DNA of 41,689 bases from a virus (lineage: Duplodnaviria; Caudoviricetes), in IMG/VR virus record IMGVR_UViG_3300020045_010482, positions 1 to 41,689 of that record. One strand, 5' to 3'. Each line of letters begins with the position of its first letter. Positions within the stretch are counted from its first letter, which is position 1. Made by a program: the position numbers and the translations under genes. The notes under the pieces are model-generated. The model did not search any database and was not told where the DNA came from. It worked only from the letters and a program-made list of their open reading frames with translations. Positions 19,601-27,890 of the stretch are shown here, one piece after another.

Positions 19601-20271
19601 TTGACGTAGCGACAGGATGGAGTAATGCCACTATGTTATCTTCTGACAACATACATCCCAATGAGGTTGGACACGCTTTTATTGCAAAAAAAATAATTGA
19701 TAGTGGATTAATAGTTCCCACCGCACCAATTCAAGTGTTGACAAAAAACAACGAAATTGAAAATTTATCAAACAAAGTAAACACAAACAACTATATTCCA
19801 TTTTCAGACAATGGCTCTTTTTCAGATTCAGAAATATATAGGCTGTCTTCTGGAAAATACAGCCTTGGGACTACGTCTCCATATAATTACGGTGCTGGAT
19901 TTTCAACTTATGAGATTAGAGGCTCCTCTTATGGGTTATTATCTTTAGGAAAAATAGGTAATACTACTCAATTTTACTTTTCAAGTGATGGTCTTGGTGG
20001 TTATTTAGGCATTAATAACAATGGCTCCTTTAGCAACGCTATGAACGCCTACCCAGATGGACGTGTCAGTTTCGCTTCGGATACTTTTTTACCAGAGGTA
20101 TCTGCAAAAGTAGAGGTAAGGTCAACAACTAAAGGATTTCTACCTCCAAGAATGACAAACGCACAAAGACTCGCAATAGCGTCTCCAGCAATTGGATTAA
20201 TGGTATATTGTACAGATACAACAGAGGGATTATATATTTATAAATCAACTGGATGGACTTTTATAATGTAA
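16618..20271 (+). CDS. large tail fibre/spike with SGNH (GDSL) esterase domain and N-terminal signal peptide
   Basis: Fibre motifs (TNVQSALQELD, LGYTPENVANK, GGTSAQFLMADGS); SGNH blocks GDS, G, GRND, DNIHP; C-terminal STTKGFLPPRMT...GLMVY.TD. Confidence 0.8.
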   Translation: MKKLILFLLPLFALAQNNPFKPPYGIQNTVATENNTPTYFVTQETDGVHKKTPAANIALKTDLDLKQTVFTGICQKQFLTENDFTIDNSALTLTISTVKNGTAISAINPVRFFTDGSGIAVMHEKTSPVTFNFTNTTGIWYFYFDSSGNPIATQTPWTEFSTIATVYRFYWNATLGVADRRVIEAVEFHKNDVSWVDHAWKHLDGAKWSSGLTISSNAISAGTPAVDGSNAVITLSSGTILDDNIYYTLTNASTGSVKFTQNLGTGLLPATSGKFICISNSASGLLEKIPATDFPFLWNSGTNTPEYLTVNGTRTAVTANNYFVYYVYALQDPRYGETIKIKSAETDFANLTLAQAHNWEQLQTLFPTLRDGEIRLLYKLTFEYKTSYDVGTKKSVLRYVDDLRKQKTTTTAVASGTVPATNVSVSPVGGIAATNVQSALQELDSEKQAALGYTPENVANKATDFTTVNNTLYPSIQATKTYVDSKVPATYATIVYVNSTSPNTATIFDDENPPVTNDDAFKLSVDNLYIGTDASSWVYNGSTYVTKVVPATSNFNLYNTAIDAGNNKESIIERFGVIASKSGNIVRKNGSDSVLGGGYFSFYNNAITSGNTFQLNASNGLDLWNFASGSWNKRFTFSSDGYLTANLFIKKGGTSAQFLMADGSVTTGSANSSPYSLKHFKTYFSDITGYTATGFTPTYSNGKMIFTGGTGDFSKYISIDGLKNTDENIESEVTFKASVIGYGVSVGKKSINSWYSASIYCHIDPTGSVMKIWDGQGLLPANTIASKSIPTINANDIIKIKYSQLGNQIIFTYYNLTQGTSYQLSILGNLSTTKNFKIPNSSEMCVFNNSGTNEIISVKVTSFSNYKPDILVIGDSKSVGYSAKNNGLRWANNIGSLGTVIVNAGDGDRTVEATQTVDYTKLIKAKYAIIAIGRNDLASGVASGTWQTNYANIVTQLQAQGTTVFHLLPVPETTQADQSALSNWITTTYGVGNCIDVATGWSNATMLSSDNIHPNEVGHAFIAKKIIDSGLIVPTAPIQVLTKNNEIENLSNKVNTNNYIPFSDNGSFSDSEIYRLSSGKYSLGTTSPYNYGAGFSTYEIRGSSYGLLSLGKIGNTTQFYFSSDGLGGYLGINNNGSFSNAMNAYPDGRVSFASDTFLPEVSAKVEVRSTTKGFLPPRMTNAQRLAIASPAIGLMVYCTDTTEGLYIYKSTGWTFIM

Positions 20272-20292
20272 ATCGTGCTAAATAATAGATTA

Positions 20293-20493
20293 ATGATAAC
20301 AACAATATTACAATCTGCAATAATAGCATCAGGAAGCGCAACCTACACGGTAGGGGAAACATTTCCAATTATGCAGCAGATTGAAAAAGAAAAATCGGTA
20401 TCTTTGAGCGTGCCAAAGTTCGAAACCGCACCGATTGTAAAGAATAAAAAACTAACATTTTGGCAGAAACTTTTAAAACTATTTGGATTATGA
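20293..20493 (+). CDS. hypothetical protein (likely start ATG 20293)
   Basis: ORF with basic amphipathic C-terminus; ATGA overlap with next gene. Confidence 0.6.
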   Translation: MITTILQSAIIASGSATYTVGETFPIMQQIEKEKSVSLSVPKFETAPIVKNKKLTFWQKLLKLFGL

Positions 20494-20720
20494 AAAATTG
20501 GAAAACAACATTGGCAGGACTTGTTACAGGACTACCTTTTTTAATTGATGCCGTTATGCAAGCTTATGCGGCTGGTTATTTTACAGACCAAAAAGGCTGG
20601 CAACTGTTCGGGTCTATCGCTTGGATTATTGTAACCGCCTTGGTTAAAGACCACGACAAAGACAATAATAGCGATGTGCAAAGTATTTTAGGTACCGACC
20701 GCCCCGATGATAGAAAATAA
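20490..20720 (+). CDS. putative holin (likely start ATG 20490)
   Basis: MKNWKTTLAG N-terminus, two TM segments, charged C-terminus. Confidence 0.65.
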   Translation: MKNWKTTLAGLVTGLPFLIDAVMQAYAAGYFTDQKGWQLFGSIAWIIVTALVKDHDKDNNSDVQSILGTDRPDDRK

Positions 20721-20994
20721 GCTAATATTGTATTTAGCTTTGGTATTTGCCGTGCTTGCCGATATGGTTCACGGCTTTTACTACATCGGAACGGCATTAT
20801 TTTTTATGCTGATTTCTTTATATATTTTCCTTGAGGATAAATTTAGTTTTGTTAAATTTGTGTTGTTGTGGTTGGCGGTTTGGAACTTGTTTAAGGAATT
20901 ATTTTTAGATCCGTTACATTTTTCAATTAAAGAAATGATTATTATTTTTATAGTAATAATTGCCAGACTATTTTACAAACAAAAAACCTACTAA
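20707..20994 (+). CDS. multi-pass membrane protein (lysis region)
   Basis: 3-4 hydrophobic segments. Confidence 0.6.
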   Translation: MIENKLILYLALVFAVLADMVHGFYYIGTALFFMLISLYIFLEDKFSFVKFVLLWLAVWNLFKELFLDPLHFSIKEMIIIFIVIIARLFYKQKTY

Positions 20995-21007
20995 ATTTTA
21001 CCCCCAG

Positions 21008-21349
21008 ATGTCCGAAAAAGAAAACCTACAAGAAGTAATCGATAGAACAAAATTACAAATGAAAGTAGAAACTATTGAGCGACACCACGCCCATTTTAGA
21101 AGCCAATTCGATGAGTTGTTCGTGTTTATGCAGGATTTCAAGGTCAGTCTTGTAAGGATTGAAAATAACATCGAAAAAACAGCCGATTTACCGGAAAGAG
21201 TACGTAAAATTGAGGACAAAGGGATTTTGACGGAAGTTATAAAAGTAGGTATAGGCATAGCTATAGGAGCGTTGATTTCGGGTTACGCAAACCAGAATTT
21301 AGTACCGACAAGGGAGAAAAACGAATTTAAAACAGAGCAAACAAAATAA
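21008..21349 (+). CDS. coiled-coil plus C-terminal TM protein (holin/hemolysin XhlA-like); likely start ATG 21008
   Basis: Heptad-rich region then VIKVGIGIAIGALISG. Confidence 0.55.
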   Translation: MSEKENLQEVIDRTKLQMKVETIERHHAHFRSQFDELFVFMQDFKVSLVRIENNIEKTADLPERVRKIEDKGILTEVIKVGIGIAIGALISGYANQNLVPTREKNEFKTEQTK

Positions 21350-21350
21350 A

Positions 21351-22457
21351 ATGGCACTACCTACACCAAATTTCATAGACAGGGACGCAACGACAATCAT
21401 TAATGAAATGATTGCAGATTATGAGGCACGAACTGGGCGGGCGTTAGAGCCTGCGCAAGTCGAAACGCTCTTGATTAATGCGTTCGCTTATCGTGAATTA
21501 CTTCTTCGAAATCAGATTCAGGACGCAAGCCTTCAAAATCTTGTAGATTATGCACATTTCCCGATGCTGGACAATTTGGGCGTTTTGGTTGGTGTAACTC
21601 GCTTGCCTGCTGCCCTGGCTCAAACAACGTTATTATTGACGCTTGTAGCTGGTCACGGTGACGTGGTTATTCCTGCTGGTTTACGTGTGAGTTCTACCGA
21701 TGGACGGGCGGTTTTCGAACTTGTGGAAGACACTGCTGTTTTAACTGGAGTTGACACGGTTTCGGCAACATTTATTGCGCAAACGGCTGGCAAATTATCC
21801 AACGATTACGCCATTGGCACGGTATCGGTTATTTTAGACCCACAACCCTATTTGGCAACGGCATCAAATACAGATGTTACCGCAGGCGGTTCTGATGAAG
21901 AAATTGATGAACAATTACGAGATCGTATAAAATTGGCTCCAAGTGCGTTTTCCAACGCAGGAAGTTACAAGGCATACGAATTTTGGGCGAAATCTACTTC
22001 ACCGTTGATTATAGATGTTGCCGTGACGAATCCGATTCCTGGAACTGTCGAAATTTTTCCATTGATGGCGAATCTGGCAACCACACCACCTGAAATTTTA
22101 GACGCAGTCGAAGCGGTTTTAACTGCAGACAGAATTAGACCTTTGACGGATACGGTTGTAGTGACTTCGCCAACGGCCACGAACACGGCTATTGCAGTTG
22201 GTTTGATTTTATATGAAGGAACGGTTCAGGGTGATATTTTGCCCGTTGTAATCGCTAATTTAGAGGCGTTTCGTGACGGTCGTAGAAAATTATTAGGGCA
22301 AGATATTGTGATTGACCAAATCAAGGCATTGTGTATGATTGATGGGGTTTACAAAGCAAACGTGACCGTGCCTGCAACTGATTTAGTGATTTCTGAAACG
22401 CAATTTGCGAATATCACAAGTATTAATGTGACCGTTACGGGAACAAACGTAGGATAA
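21351..22457 (+). CDS. baseplate J / gp47-family protein (contractile-tail type)
   Basis: LDNLG...GVTR, GGSDEE.DEQLRDRI..AP..FS.AGS..AYEFWA, IRPLTD.V.V. Confidence 0.92.
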   Translation: MALPTPNFIDRDATTIINEMIADYEARTGRALEPAQVETLLINAFAYRELLLRNQIQDASLQNLVDYAHFPMLDNLGVLVGVTRLPAALAQTTLLLTLVAGHGDVVIPAGLRVSSTDGRAVFELVEDTAVLTGVDTVSATFIAQTAGKLSNDYAIGTVSVILDPQPYLATASNTDVTAGGSDEEIDEQLRDRIKLAPSAFSNAGSYKAYEFWAKSTSPLIIDVAVTNPIPGTVEIFPLMANLATTPPEILDAVEAVLTADRIRPLTDTVVVTSPTATNTAIAVGLILYEGTVQGDILPVVIANLEAFRDGRRKLLGQDIVIDQIKALCMIDGVYKANVTVPATDLVISETQFANITSINVTVTGTNVG

Positions 22458-22482
22458 TGAAATTCGCTGTATAAAATAAAAT

Positions 22483-23154
22483 ATGAGCCAGACAAACGAA
22501 AACATTTTAGCCGATTCCATTGCAGGCGTACCGCATTTAGCGGCATTCGATGCTATGGTAGCGGCACGTATGAATTCAATCGAATTAGAATCGTTGCTTG
22601 TTTATGTCATCGACACTGTTTCAGCAAGCGCATTGCCCACTTTGGCACGTCAATTCGACGTGGAAGGCTTCGTGGGTTATGGAGTTGCAACCAATGACGC
22701 ACAGCGCAGGGAAATAATTAAACGTGCTATTGAATTGAAACGTTATATGGGTACCGTGTTCGCTATTCGTGAAGCTATGCGCATTTGTGGCTATACCGAT
22801 GCAGTTTTGACTGAAGGAATCGATATGGGTAACCCGTTAATTGATTGGGCACGATTTTCCATTGATTCCCAATTGGGTGACACCGTTGGACTTGATGGGG
22901 TTTCGCAGTCTAATTTAGCGAAACTGATTCGAGAGTATAAAAATGTTCGCTCCTATCTTGAAGGAATTTCATATAATTTGGCTATATTTGACACCATTGA
23001 ACAATTGTTCGATACGTTAAACATCACTTATGAAGCACCTCCAATGCTGGAAGATTTAGAACACAAACACTTCTATTATGATGGTGTTTACAACTATGAC
23101 GGCTCGCAAAAATATCTTGAATCCAATGACTCATTAATAATTCATATATCTTAA
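22483..23154 (+). CDS. P2 gpI-like baseplate/tail protein
   Basis: ALPTLARQFDV, RREIIKRAIELKRYMGT..AI, EYKNVRS.L, YDG repeats. Confidence 0.85.
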   Translation: MSQTNENILADSIAGVPHLAAFDAMVAARMNSIELESLLVYVIDTVSASALPTLARQFDVEGFVGYGVATNDAQRREIIKRAIELKRYMGTVFAIREAMRICGYTDAVLTEGIDMGNPLIDWARFSIDSQLGDTVGLDGVSQSNLAKLIREYKNVRSYLEGISYNLAIFDTIEQLFDTLNITYEAPPMLEDLEHKHFYYDGVYNYDGSQKYLESNDSLIIHIS

Positions 23155-23159
23155 TTCCT

Positions 23160-23594
23160 ATGGAAAAATTAACTATAAAAGGCGTATTTTATCTTGAAAA
23201 AATTTGCGCTAAAACAGGCAAAATTTTAGAGATTTATACAGACAATAATTTGGTGGTGAATGGCGGACGTACTGCTGTCACCAACTTGCTTGGTGCAGCT
23301 ACTTCCGGCAAGCAATTGACGCAAATAGCGTTTGGAACAAATAACACGGCTCCATCAGGTTCAGATACGGCCATTACTGGAGCTTTCACCAAAGCACTTG
23401 GAGCGGTTTCGTACCCGACAATTTCCAGTGTTAAATTTGATTGGACACTCGGGGCTTCCGAAGGCAACGGTTTAGGAATTCGTGAGGTTGGGCTATTGTG
23501 TACAGATAACACTCTTTTTGCTCGCAAAACACGTGAATTAATTAGCAAAAATTCAGATATTATTTTAAACGGAAGTTGGACAATTTCATTCTAA
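23160..23594 (+). CDS. baseplate / fibre-attachment protein
   Basis: NLVVNGGR, IAFGT, EGNG..IREVGL...LFARK. Confidence 0.75.
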   Translation: MEKLTIKGVFYLEKICAKTGKILEIYTDNNLVVNGGRTAVTNLLGAATSGKQLTQIAFGTNNTAPSGSDTAITGAFTKALGAVSYPTISSVKFDWTLGASEGNGLGIREVGLLCTDNTLFARKTRELISKNSDIILNGSWTISF

Positions 23595-23598
23595 TATT

Positions 23599-24090
23599 AT
23601 GGCAAACGTAACGGAAACATCACAATGGGTAGCTGGTATTTATCAGCTTGAAACGACTGACCCAGTTGAAGGGGGTTCTGGTGGAATTTCTAACAGGCAA
23701 GCGCAGGAACTTGGAGACAGGACAAGGTATTTGTACGACCAACTACCCGTAAAAAAAGGATGGGTAACAGGAATTAATCCAGGAACAGGAACCGTTGGAG
23801 ATTCTTTTACTTGTTCCGGGGATATTGCAAGTTGTATTTTAAACGCAAGGCAATTTCAAGCGAACAGATACCTTATAACTATGAGTTCGCCTGCCTTAGT
23901 TAGCACGAATTACAAAGTAATGATGAGCTCAGAATCTATGAGTTCAGATGCTAACTGGATAAACGATACTAATTTTAGAGAGCCACTTTTTAAAAAAGTA
24001 TCGAACACTCAATTTTATTTGATTGTTGATGAAGACACTTCTGGTTTTGTGCAGAATATAAAAATTCATTTCGAAGTAAAATATCTATAA
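23599..24090 (+). CDS. short myovirus-type tail fibre
   Basis: MAN..E..W..GIYQLETTDPV.GG..GISNRQA..L..RT.YL N-terminal anchor typical of P2/Mu-like fibres. Confidence 0.8.
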   Translation: MANVTETSQWVAGIYQLETTDPVEGGSGGISNRQAQELGDRTRYLYDQLPVKKGWVTGINPGTGTVGDSFTCSGDIASCILNARQFQANRYLITMSSPALVSTNYKVMMSSESMSSDANWINDTNFREPLFKKVSNTQFYLIVDEDTSGFVQNIKIHFEVKYL

Positions 24091-24091
24091 A

Positions 24092-24619
24092 ATGGCAGAC
24101 GTAAAAAAATTATCGCCTATTTTGGCGAAATGGGAAGCGGGGTTTGTGAATGACCCAACCGACAAGGGCGGGGCAACAAATATGGGTATCACAATTGGAA
24201 CTTGGCGACAAATCGGTTACGACAAAGATGGTGACGGTGACATAGATGTTGTAGATATTCGTTTACTTGACGAAAGGGATTTTTCAGCCGTTTTAAAAAT
24301 TTATTGGAACAAATGGCATGCTAATAGATTAATTAACCAGTCAGTGGCTAATTTATTGGTTGATTGGGTGTACACATCTGGAAAGTGGGGCATCGTAATT
24401 CCGCAACGAATTTTGAAAATTGAACCAGATGGAATTGTAGGTAATCAAACAATTATTGCCGTCAATTTGGTTGACCAAAAGAAATTTTTTGATGCCGTTT
24501 TTGAAGCTCGAAAAAAGTTTTTCAATGACATTGTGAAAAACAACCCTTCGCAGAAACGATTTATAAAGGGGTGGCTAAACCGCCTAAATGATTTCAAATT
24601 TTCAGAAACAGATATTTAA
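24092..24619 (+). CDS. endolysin, glycoside hydrolase family 108 with peptidoglycan-binding domain
   Basis: WEAGFVNDPTDKGGATNMGIT, DGIVG, F.KGWLNRL. Confidence 0.92.
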   Translation: MADVKKLSPILAKWEAGFVNDPTDKGGATNMGITIGTWRQIGYDKDGDGDIDVVDIRLLDERDFSAVLKIYWNKWHANRLINQSVANLLVDWVYTSGKWGIVIPQRILKIEPDGIVGNQTIIAVNLVDQKKFFDAVFEARKKFFNDIVKNNPSQKRFIKGWLNRLNDFKFSETDI

Positions 24620-24633
24620 TATCGGTTTTTTTT
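24606..24633 (+). terminator. intrinsic terminator after endolysin
   Basis: AAAC(a)GATAT-tta-ATATC(g)GTTT plus T run; one mismatch. Confidence 0.55.
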
Positions 24634-24649
24634 ATTCCCGTATAAACGC

Positions 24650-24674
24650 AAAAAACACGCCCGAAAGCGTGTTT
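24650..24674 (-). terminator. intrinsic terminator for the minus-strand recombination operon
   Basis: AAACACGC-ccgaaa-GCGTGTTT preceded by an A run. Confidence 0.7.
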
Positions 24675-24721
24675 AATGACCAAAAAAATATCCAAAACTT
24701 ATCGGGTGTAAATATAAGGAT

Positions 24722-25225
24722 TTATTTTAATTTATTGCGTAAATCTGAAATATTTACCATCAAGGCTGTTGAAATTGTTGAAATTGTTGTTGGTAAAAAT
24801 GGCACGGCTTCTGGAAATTCAGTTTCGACTTTTTTGAAAGTTCTCAAATTAAAAATAACATTTTCAATTTCAGCCTTCAATTTGAATAATTCCTGTTTTT
24901 TATCCTTGATTTTGTTTACCAATTCAAGCAGTTCTTTTGCGTCAAATTCATTTGGAGAAAAACAATTTTTGTAAGCTGGTAATTCTTTGTTTAAATCCAA
25001 AGTTTGCCATTCAAATCCGTTTCCAGTACATTGCAATCCTCTTCTTGTTTTCACATAATCAGGGAATTTTTCAAACAATTGAAGCACTTCTTTTGGAACT
25101 GTTTTTAAATAAATTTCACTAAATTTATTTTCAAGTTCTTTTTTCAAAGAACTGATTTCTGTATTCTTTTTTCGGGTTAATTGACCCGCTACATTTTCAG
25201 CAATTTGTTTTGTTATTCTAGACAT
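24722..25225 (-). CDS. Nmad5-like (nucleotide-modification-associated) protein
   Basis: RITKQI N-terminus and LRTFKKV..EFPEA..FLP C-terminus. Confidence 0.55.
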   Translation of the reverse strand: MSRITKQIAENVAGQLTRKKNTEISSLKKELENKFSEIYLKTVPKEVLQLFEKFPDYVKTRRGLQCTGNGFEWQTLDLNKELPAYKNCFSPNEFDAKELLELVNKIKDKKQELFKLKAEIENVIFNLRTFKKVETEFPEAVPFLPTTISTISTALMVNISDLRNKLK

Positions 25226-25253
25226 AGTTTTTTTTTATTTATTTAGTTTTTAA

Positions 25254-25967
25254 TTAAAAATCGTTATCATCCTCGGAGATTTCAGCAGAAGTTTCCTGAA
25301 CCACGATTTCGGGATCGATAACCTCGAAATTTTCATAAACAACGGCTTCAGGTTGTTTTTCGGCAACGGTGTTGTTTAGTTTTTTGATTACTGAATTGTT
25401 TGAGGGCATTTCAGTATAACCCACATCCTGCACTTCATCTTGTGATTGCATACCCATAAGCACATCTGGACAATGCAAACGACCAAAAAAAGCAGCTGCA
25501 CGATACTGCAACATCAGTTCCGGCATAGTTTTCCATTTAGAGCCTGATTTACTCATCCATCCCTCGGCTGTTGCCATTGCAATTGAGCATTCAGGGCCTT
25601 CAATTAATGTACCGTCTTGGCGTTTAGTAAACGCTCGGCAAGATTGCTTATCCTTCGAAACATTAAACTGCAACGGGTCTAAAAATCGACCGCAGGAATT
25701 GATTAATGCGATAATGAATGAACTTCCCCAACTCGGTTTACCGTGGATTACGTTCATATTTTGCATAACCATAAGCGGTGACATTCCAACTCGGTTGGAC
25801 ATTTCCAAAGCAACTACACAGTTTGGTAAATTGCCTTGGTAAGCTGTTGGAACCATTGTAGATTTCGCCAAAAGTCCTGCCATACGTTGGGCGTGTTCAA
25901 ATGATTGCGAAGAGTCGAATACTGATACTTGGTGAGTTGTTTGCAAACTCGGTAAATTATTTTCCAT
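25254..25967 (-). CDS. RecT-like ssDNA annealing protein
   Basis: STMVP..YQG...NC..ALE...MQN..VIHGKP.W, SKWKTMPELML.YRA. Confidence 0.8.
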   Translation of the reverse strand: MENNLPSLQTTHQVSVFDSSQSFEHAQRMAGLLAKSTMVPTAYQGNLPNCVVALEMSNRVGMSPLMVMQNMNVIHGKPSWGSSFIIALINSCGRFLDPLQFNVSKDKQSCRAFTKRQDGTLIEGPECSIAMATAEGWMSKSGSKWKTMPELMLQYRAAAFFGRLHCPDVLMGMQSQDEVQDVGYTEMPSNNSVIKKLNNTVAEKQPEAVVYENFEVIDPEIVVQETSAEISEDDNDF

Positions 25968-26011
25968 TGATAAGTTTTTTTAAAATCATTGATTATTTAT
26001 TGTATTTTAGA

Positions 26012-26404
26012 TCAAAACGGAAGATCATCCGGTTCATCATCAAAATTAGCCACCTGTTGTGTTGACAACTGATTAAATTGTGGATACGTTGGCTGTGGAG
26101 CAGGCGCAGGACTCGCCACGTGTGTAGGTTGTACGCTTGCAATTCTCCAACCTTGAATGGTATTGAAATAAACGGTTTCTCCTTGCGGATTTACCCACTC
26201 ACGTCCTCGCAAATTAATATCGATGTTTACTTTTTCGCCAACTTTGAAATTGTTGAGCAAGTTACATTTATCCTGGACAAATTGCACCAAAATATGTTGT
26301 GGATATTGTTCGTCAGTTGTAACGACACATTCCCGTTTTTGAAACCCAGACGATCCTACGTCTTGTGTTTCTTTGATTTCTCTTAAAGTTCCTTCTATGT
26401 TCAT
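26012..26404 (-). CDS. DUF3127-type single-stranded DNA-binding protein
   Basis: FQKRE.V...EQYPQ, INLRGREW, YFNTIQGWRI, acidic DDLPF tail. Confidence 0.88.
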   Translation of the reverse strand: MNIEGTLREIKETQDVGSSGFQKRECVVTTDEQYPQHILVQFVQDKCNLLNNFKVGEKVNIDINLRGREWVNPQGETVYFNTIQGWRIASVQPTHVASPAPAPQPTYPQFNQLSTQQVANFDDEPDDLPF

Positions 26405-26440
26405 AATTATGTGCGTGGGTCGCCACCGTTAAATTAATAT

Positions 26441-27241
26441 TTACCTATTAAACGCCCATTCGGGCAATGAAACTTCGCTTATTTTTTCATCGTACCCTTT
26501 CCAAATTCCTGTTTTTAGACATTCAACATACGTTTCACAATTTCTTATGTAAGTGTCACGCCCTAACTGAACGCTTCGATTGTCAAGGTAATGAATTCCG
26601 ATTTTGAACGGTTCTGTTTTTTCTATGTTTACGAAAACAAAACCCGATCTATCGTTTCCAACCGTTTCAAGACCATCAAGGTAAAATGGTGCTTGTTTGT
26701 GGTAATTGTATTCTAAAACAGATTTTATAAACCCTCGTTTGGTAGCGTCTTCGGTGGTTTTTAAGTCCACAATTAACCCAGAATTACTATCCAGCCAATC
26801 AGGGCGTATTTTGCAATTTGCACTTGTATTTTGTTCCTGAAACTTGAAAGTTTGCTCAGCCAAACCATTTTCGAACAATAATTTTGCCGTTGGATGCTTG
26901 AAAATTGCATCACGCATACGTCTTACATTGTCAAAATCTTCGGGATCGATTAAAACTTGATTGTTGAGTTGGCACATTTCGGTTAAATTCTGAAATTCTG
27001 CCTTGCCGATATTTGTCCGTTTGTTTATTGAAGGCATCACGACATAAGTTTTTTCGAACTCGTGTTTTTCTAAAACTGCCGAATGTAAAGCAGTTCCAAA
27101 AAGCATTGCGGATGTTGGCGGTTTTATTTCTCGTTCAGGGCGTAAATAATGCCACCAATAATCCAAAGGACTGGACTCTATTTTGTCTAAACCCGATTTC
27201 GAAATACTCGAAGTGTCGGAGTGGTATTCTTGGTTAGTCAT
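26441..27241 (-). CDS. RecE / exonuclease VIII-like PD-(D/E)XK nuclease
   Basis: YH....ISKSGL, GTALH..VLE, KIRPD, IVDLKT, Y..QAPFY. Confidence 0.9.
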   Translation of the reverse strand: MTNQEYHSDTSSISKSGLDKIESSPLDYWWHYLRPEREIKPPTSAMLFGTALHSAVLEKHEFEKTYVVMPSINKRTNIGKAEFQNLTEMCQLNNQVLIDPEDFDNVRRMRDAIFKHPTAKLLFENGLAEQTFKFQEQNTSANCKIRPDWLDSNSGLIVDLKTTEDATKRGFIKSVLEYNYHKQAPFYLDGLETVGNDRSGFVFVNIEKTEPFKIGIHYLDNRSVQLGRDTYIRNCETYVECLKTGIWKGYDEKISEVSLPEWAFNR

Positions 27242-27516
27242 TATAATTGAGCTAAACGGTCTTCGAATTCCTTGAAAGAAACGTTTGTCACAGGTATTCC
27301 GAAACTTACAAACTCAATAACAAAATTATTGTCTGAACCGCTAAAATAAAAGCTATTATTACCTAATAGCCTGAATTCCAATTCTAAACTCTCTTTTTTG
27401 TCGCAGATTAAGTTTTTTTCAAAAAGAAGCTTCCAGATTTCGTGACGTTCTTCCACTGTTGAGCCGTCAACCGTCATCCCGTCATTTTGTTTAAATAATT
27501 CTTCAATTTTTTTCAT
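27241..27516 (-). CDS. hypothetical protein
   Basis: First ORF of the leftward operon. Confidence 0.65.
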   Translation of the reverse strand: MKKIEELFKQNDGMTVDGSTVEERHEIWKLLFEKNLICDKKESLELEFRLLGNNSFYFSGSDNNFVIEFVSFGIPVTNVSFKEFEDRLAQL

Positions 27517-27545
27517 AATGATAAGTTTTTAAATTTTTGATACCG

Positions 27546-27609
27546 CAAATCTAAATTAAACTTTTCAAATAAAAAAACTTTTTTAATTAAATTTAATTAT
27601 TATATTTGC
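27546..27609. promoter_or_regulatory. divergent promoter pair with palindromic operator
   Basis: Minus-strand TAGATTTG at 27546-27553; plus-strand TATATTTG at 27601-27608; palindrome TAATTAAATTTAATTA at 27584-27599. Confidence 0.7.
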
Positions 27610-27654
27610 ATTTATAAAACGGTTTAAAAACCTTAAATAAAATAACTGCATATT

Positions 27655-27885
27655 ATGAAAAAACAAATTGACATCATTCGTGAAAAGTGTGAAGAATCGG
27701 GATTAAATATTTATGAGGTATTTCGAGAAGCAGGAATTCCATTTTGCACGGTTGCTAATTGGAAGAAAAAAGAACCAGCAGCATTTACTACCGTGACCAA
27801 GGTAAATGAAGCGATCGAGAGATTAACTCTTAAAAAACAAGAAACAGCCGAGCCAGAAAAATCTATGGAACCAGCCGAAAAATAA
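27655..27885 (+). CDS. Cro-like HTH regulator
   Basis: GLNIYEVFREAGIPFCTVANWK. Confidence 0.7.
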   Translation: MKKQIDIIREKCEESGLNIYEVFREAGIPFCTVANWKKKEPAAFTTVTKVNEAIERLTLKKQETAEPEKSMEPAEK

Positions 27886-27890
27886 TATCT

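Noticed and set aside
16618-24090. Diversity-generating retroelement or invertible fibre switch
   Set aside because: No reverse transcriptase or invertase, and I saw no template/variable repeat pair or flanking inverted repeats
21346-24097. ATAAAATGGCA 11-bp direct repeat as an att site or target-site duplication
   Set aside because: It is a common TAA-A-ATG-GCA stop/start context and no recombinase or transposase is present; kept only as a side note
24588-24974. 128-aa plus-strand ORF
   Set aside because: Crosses two terminators and is antisense to the 24722 gene
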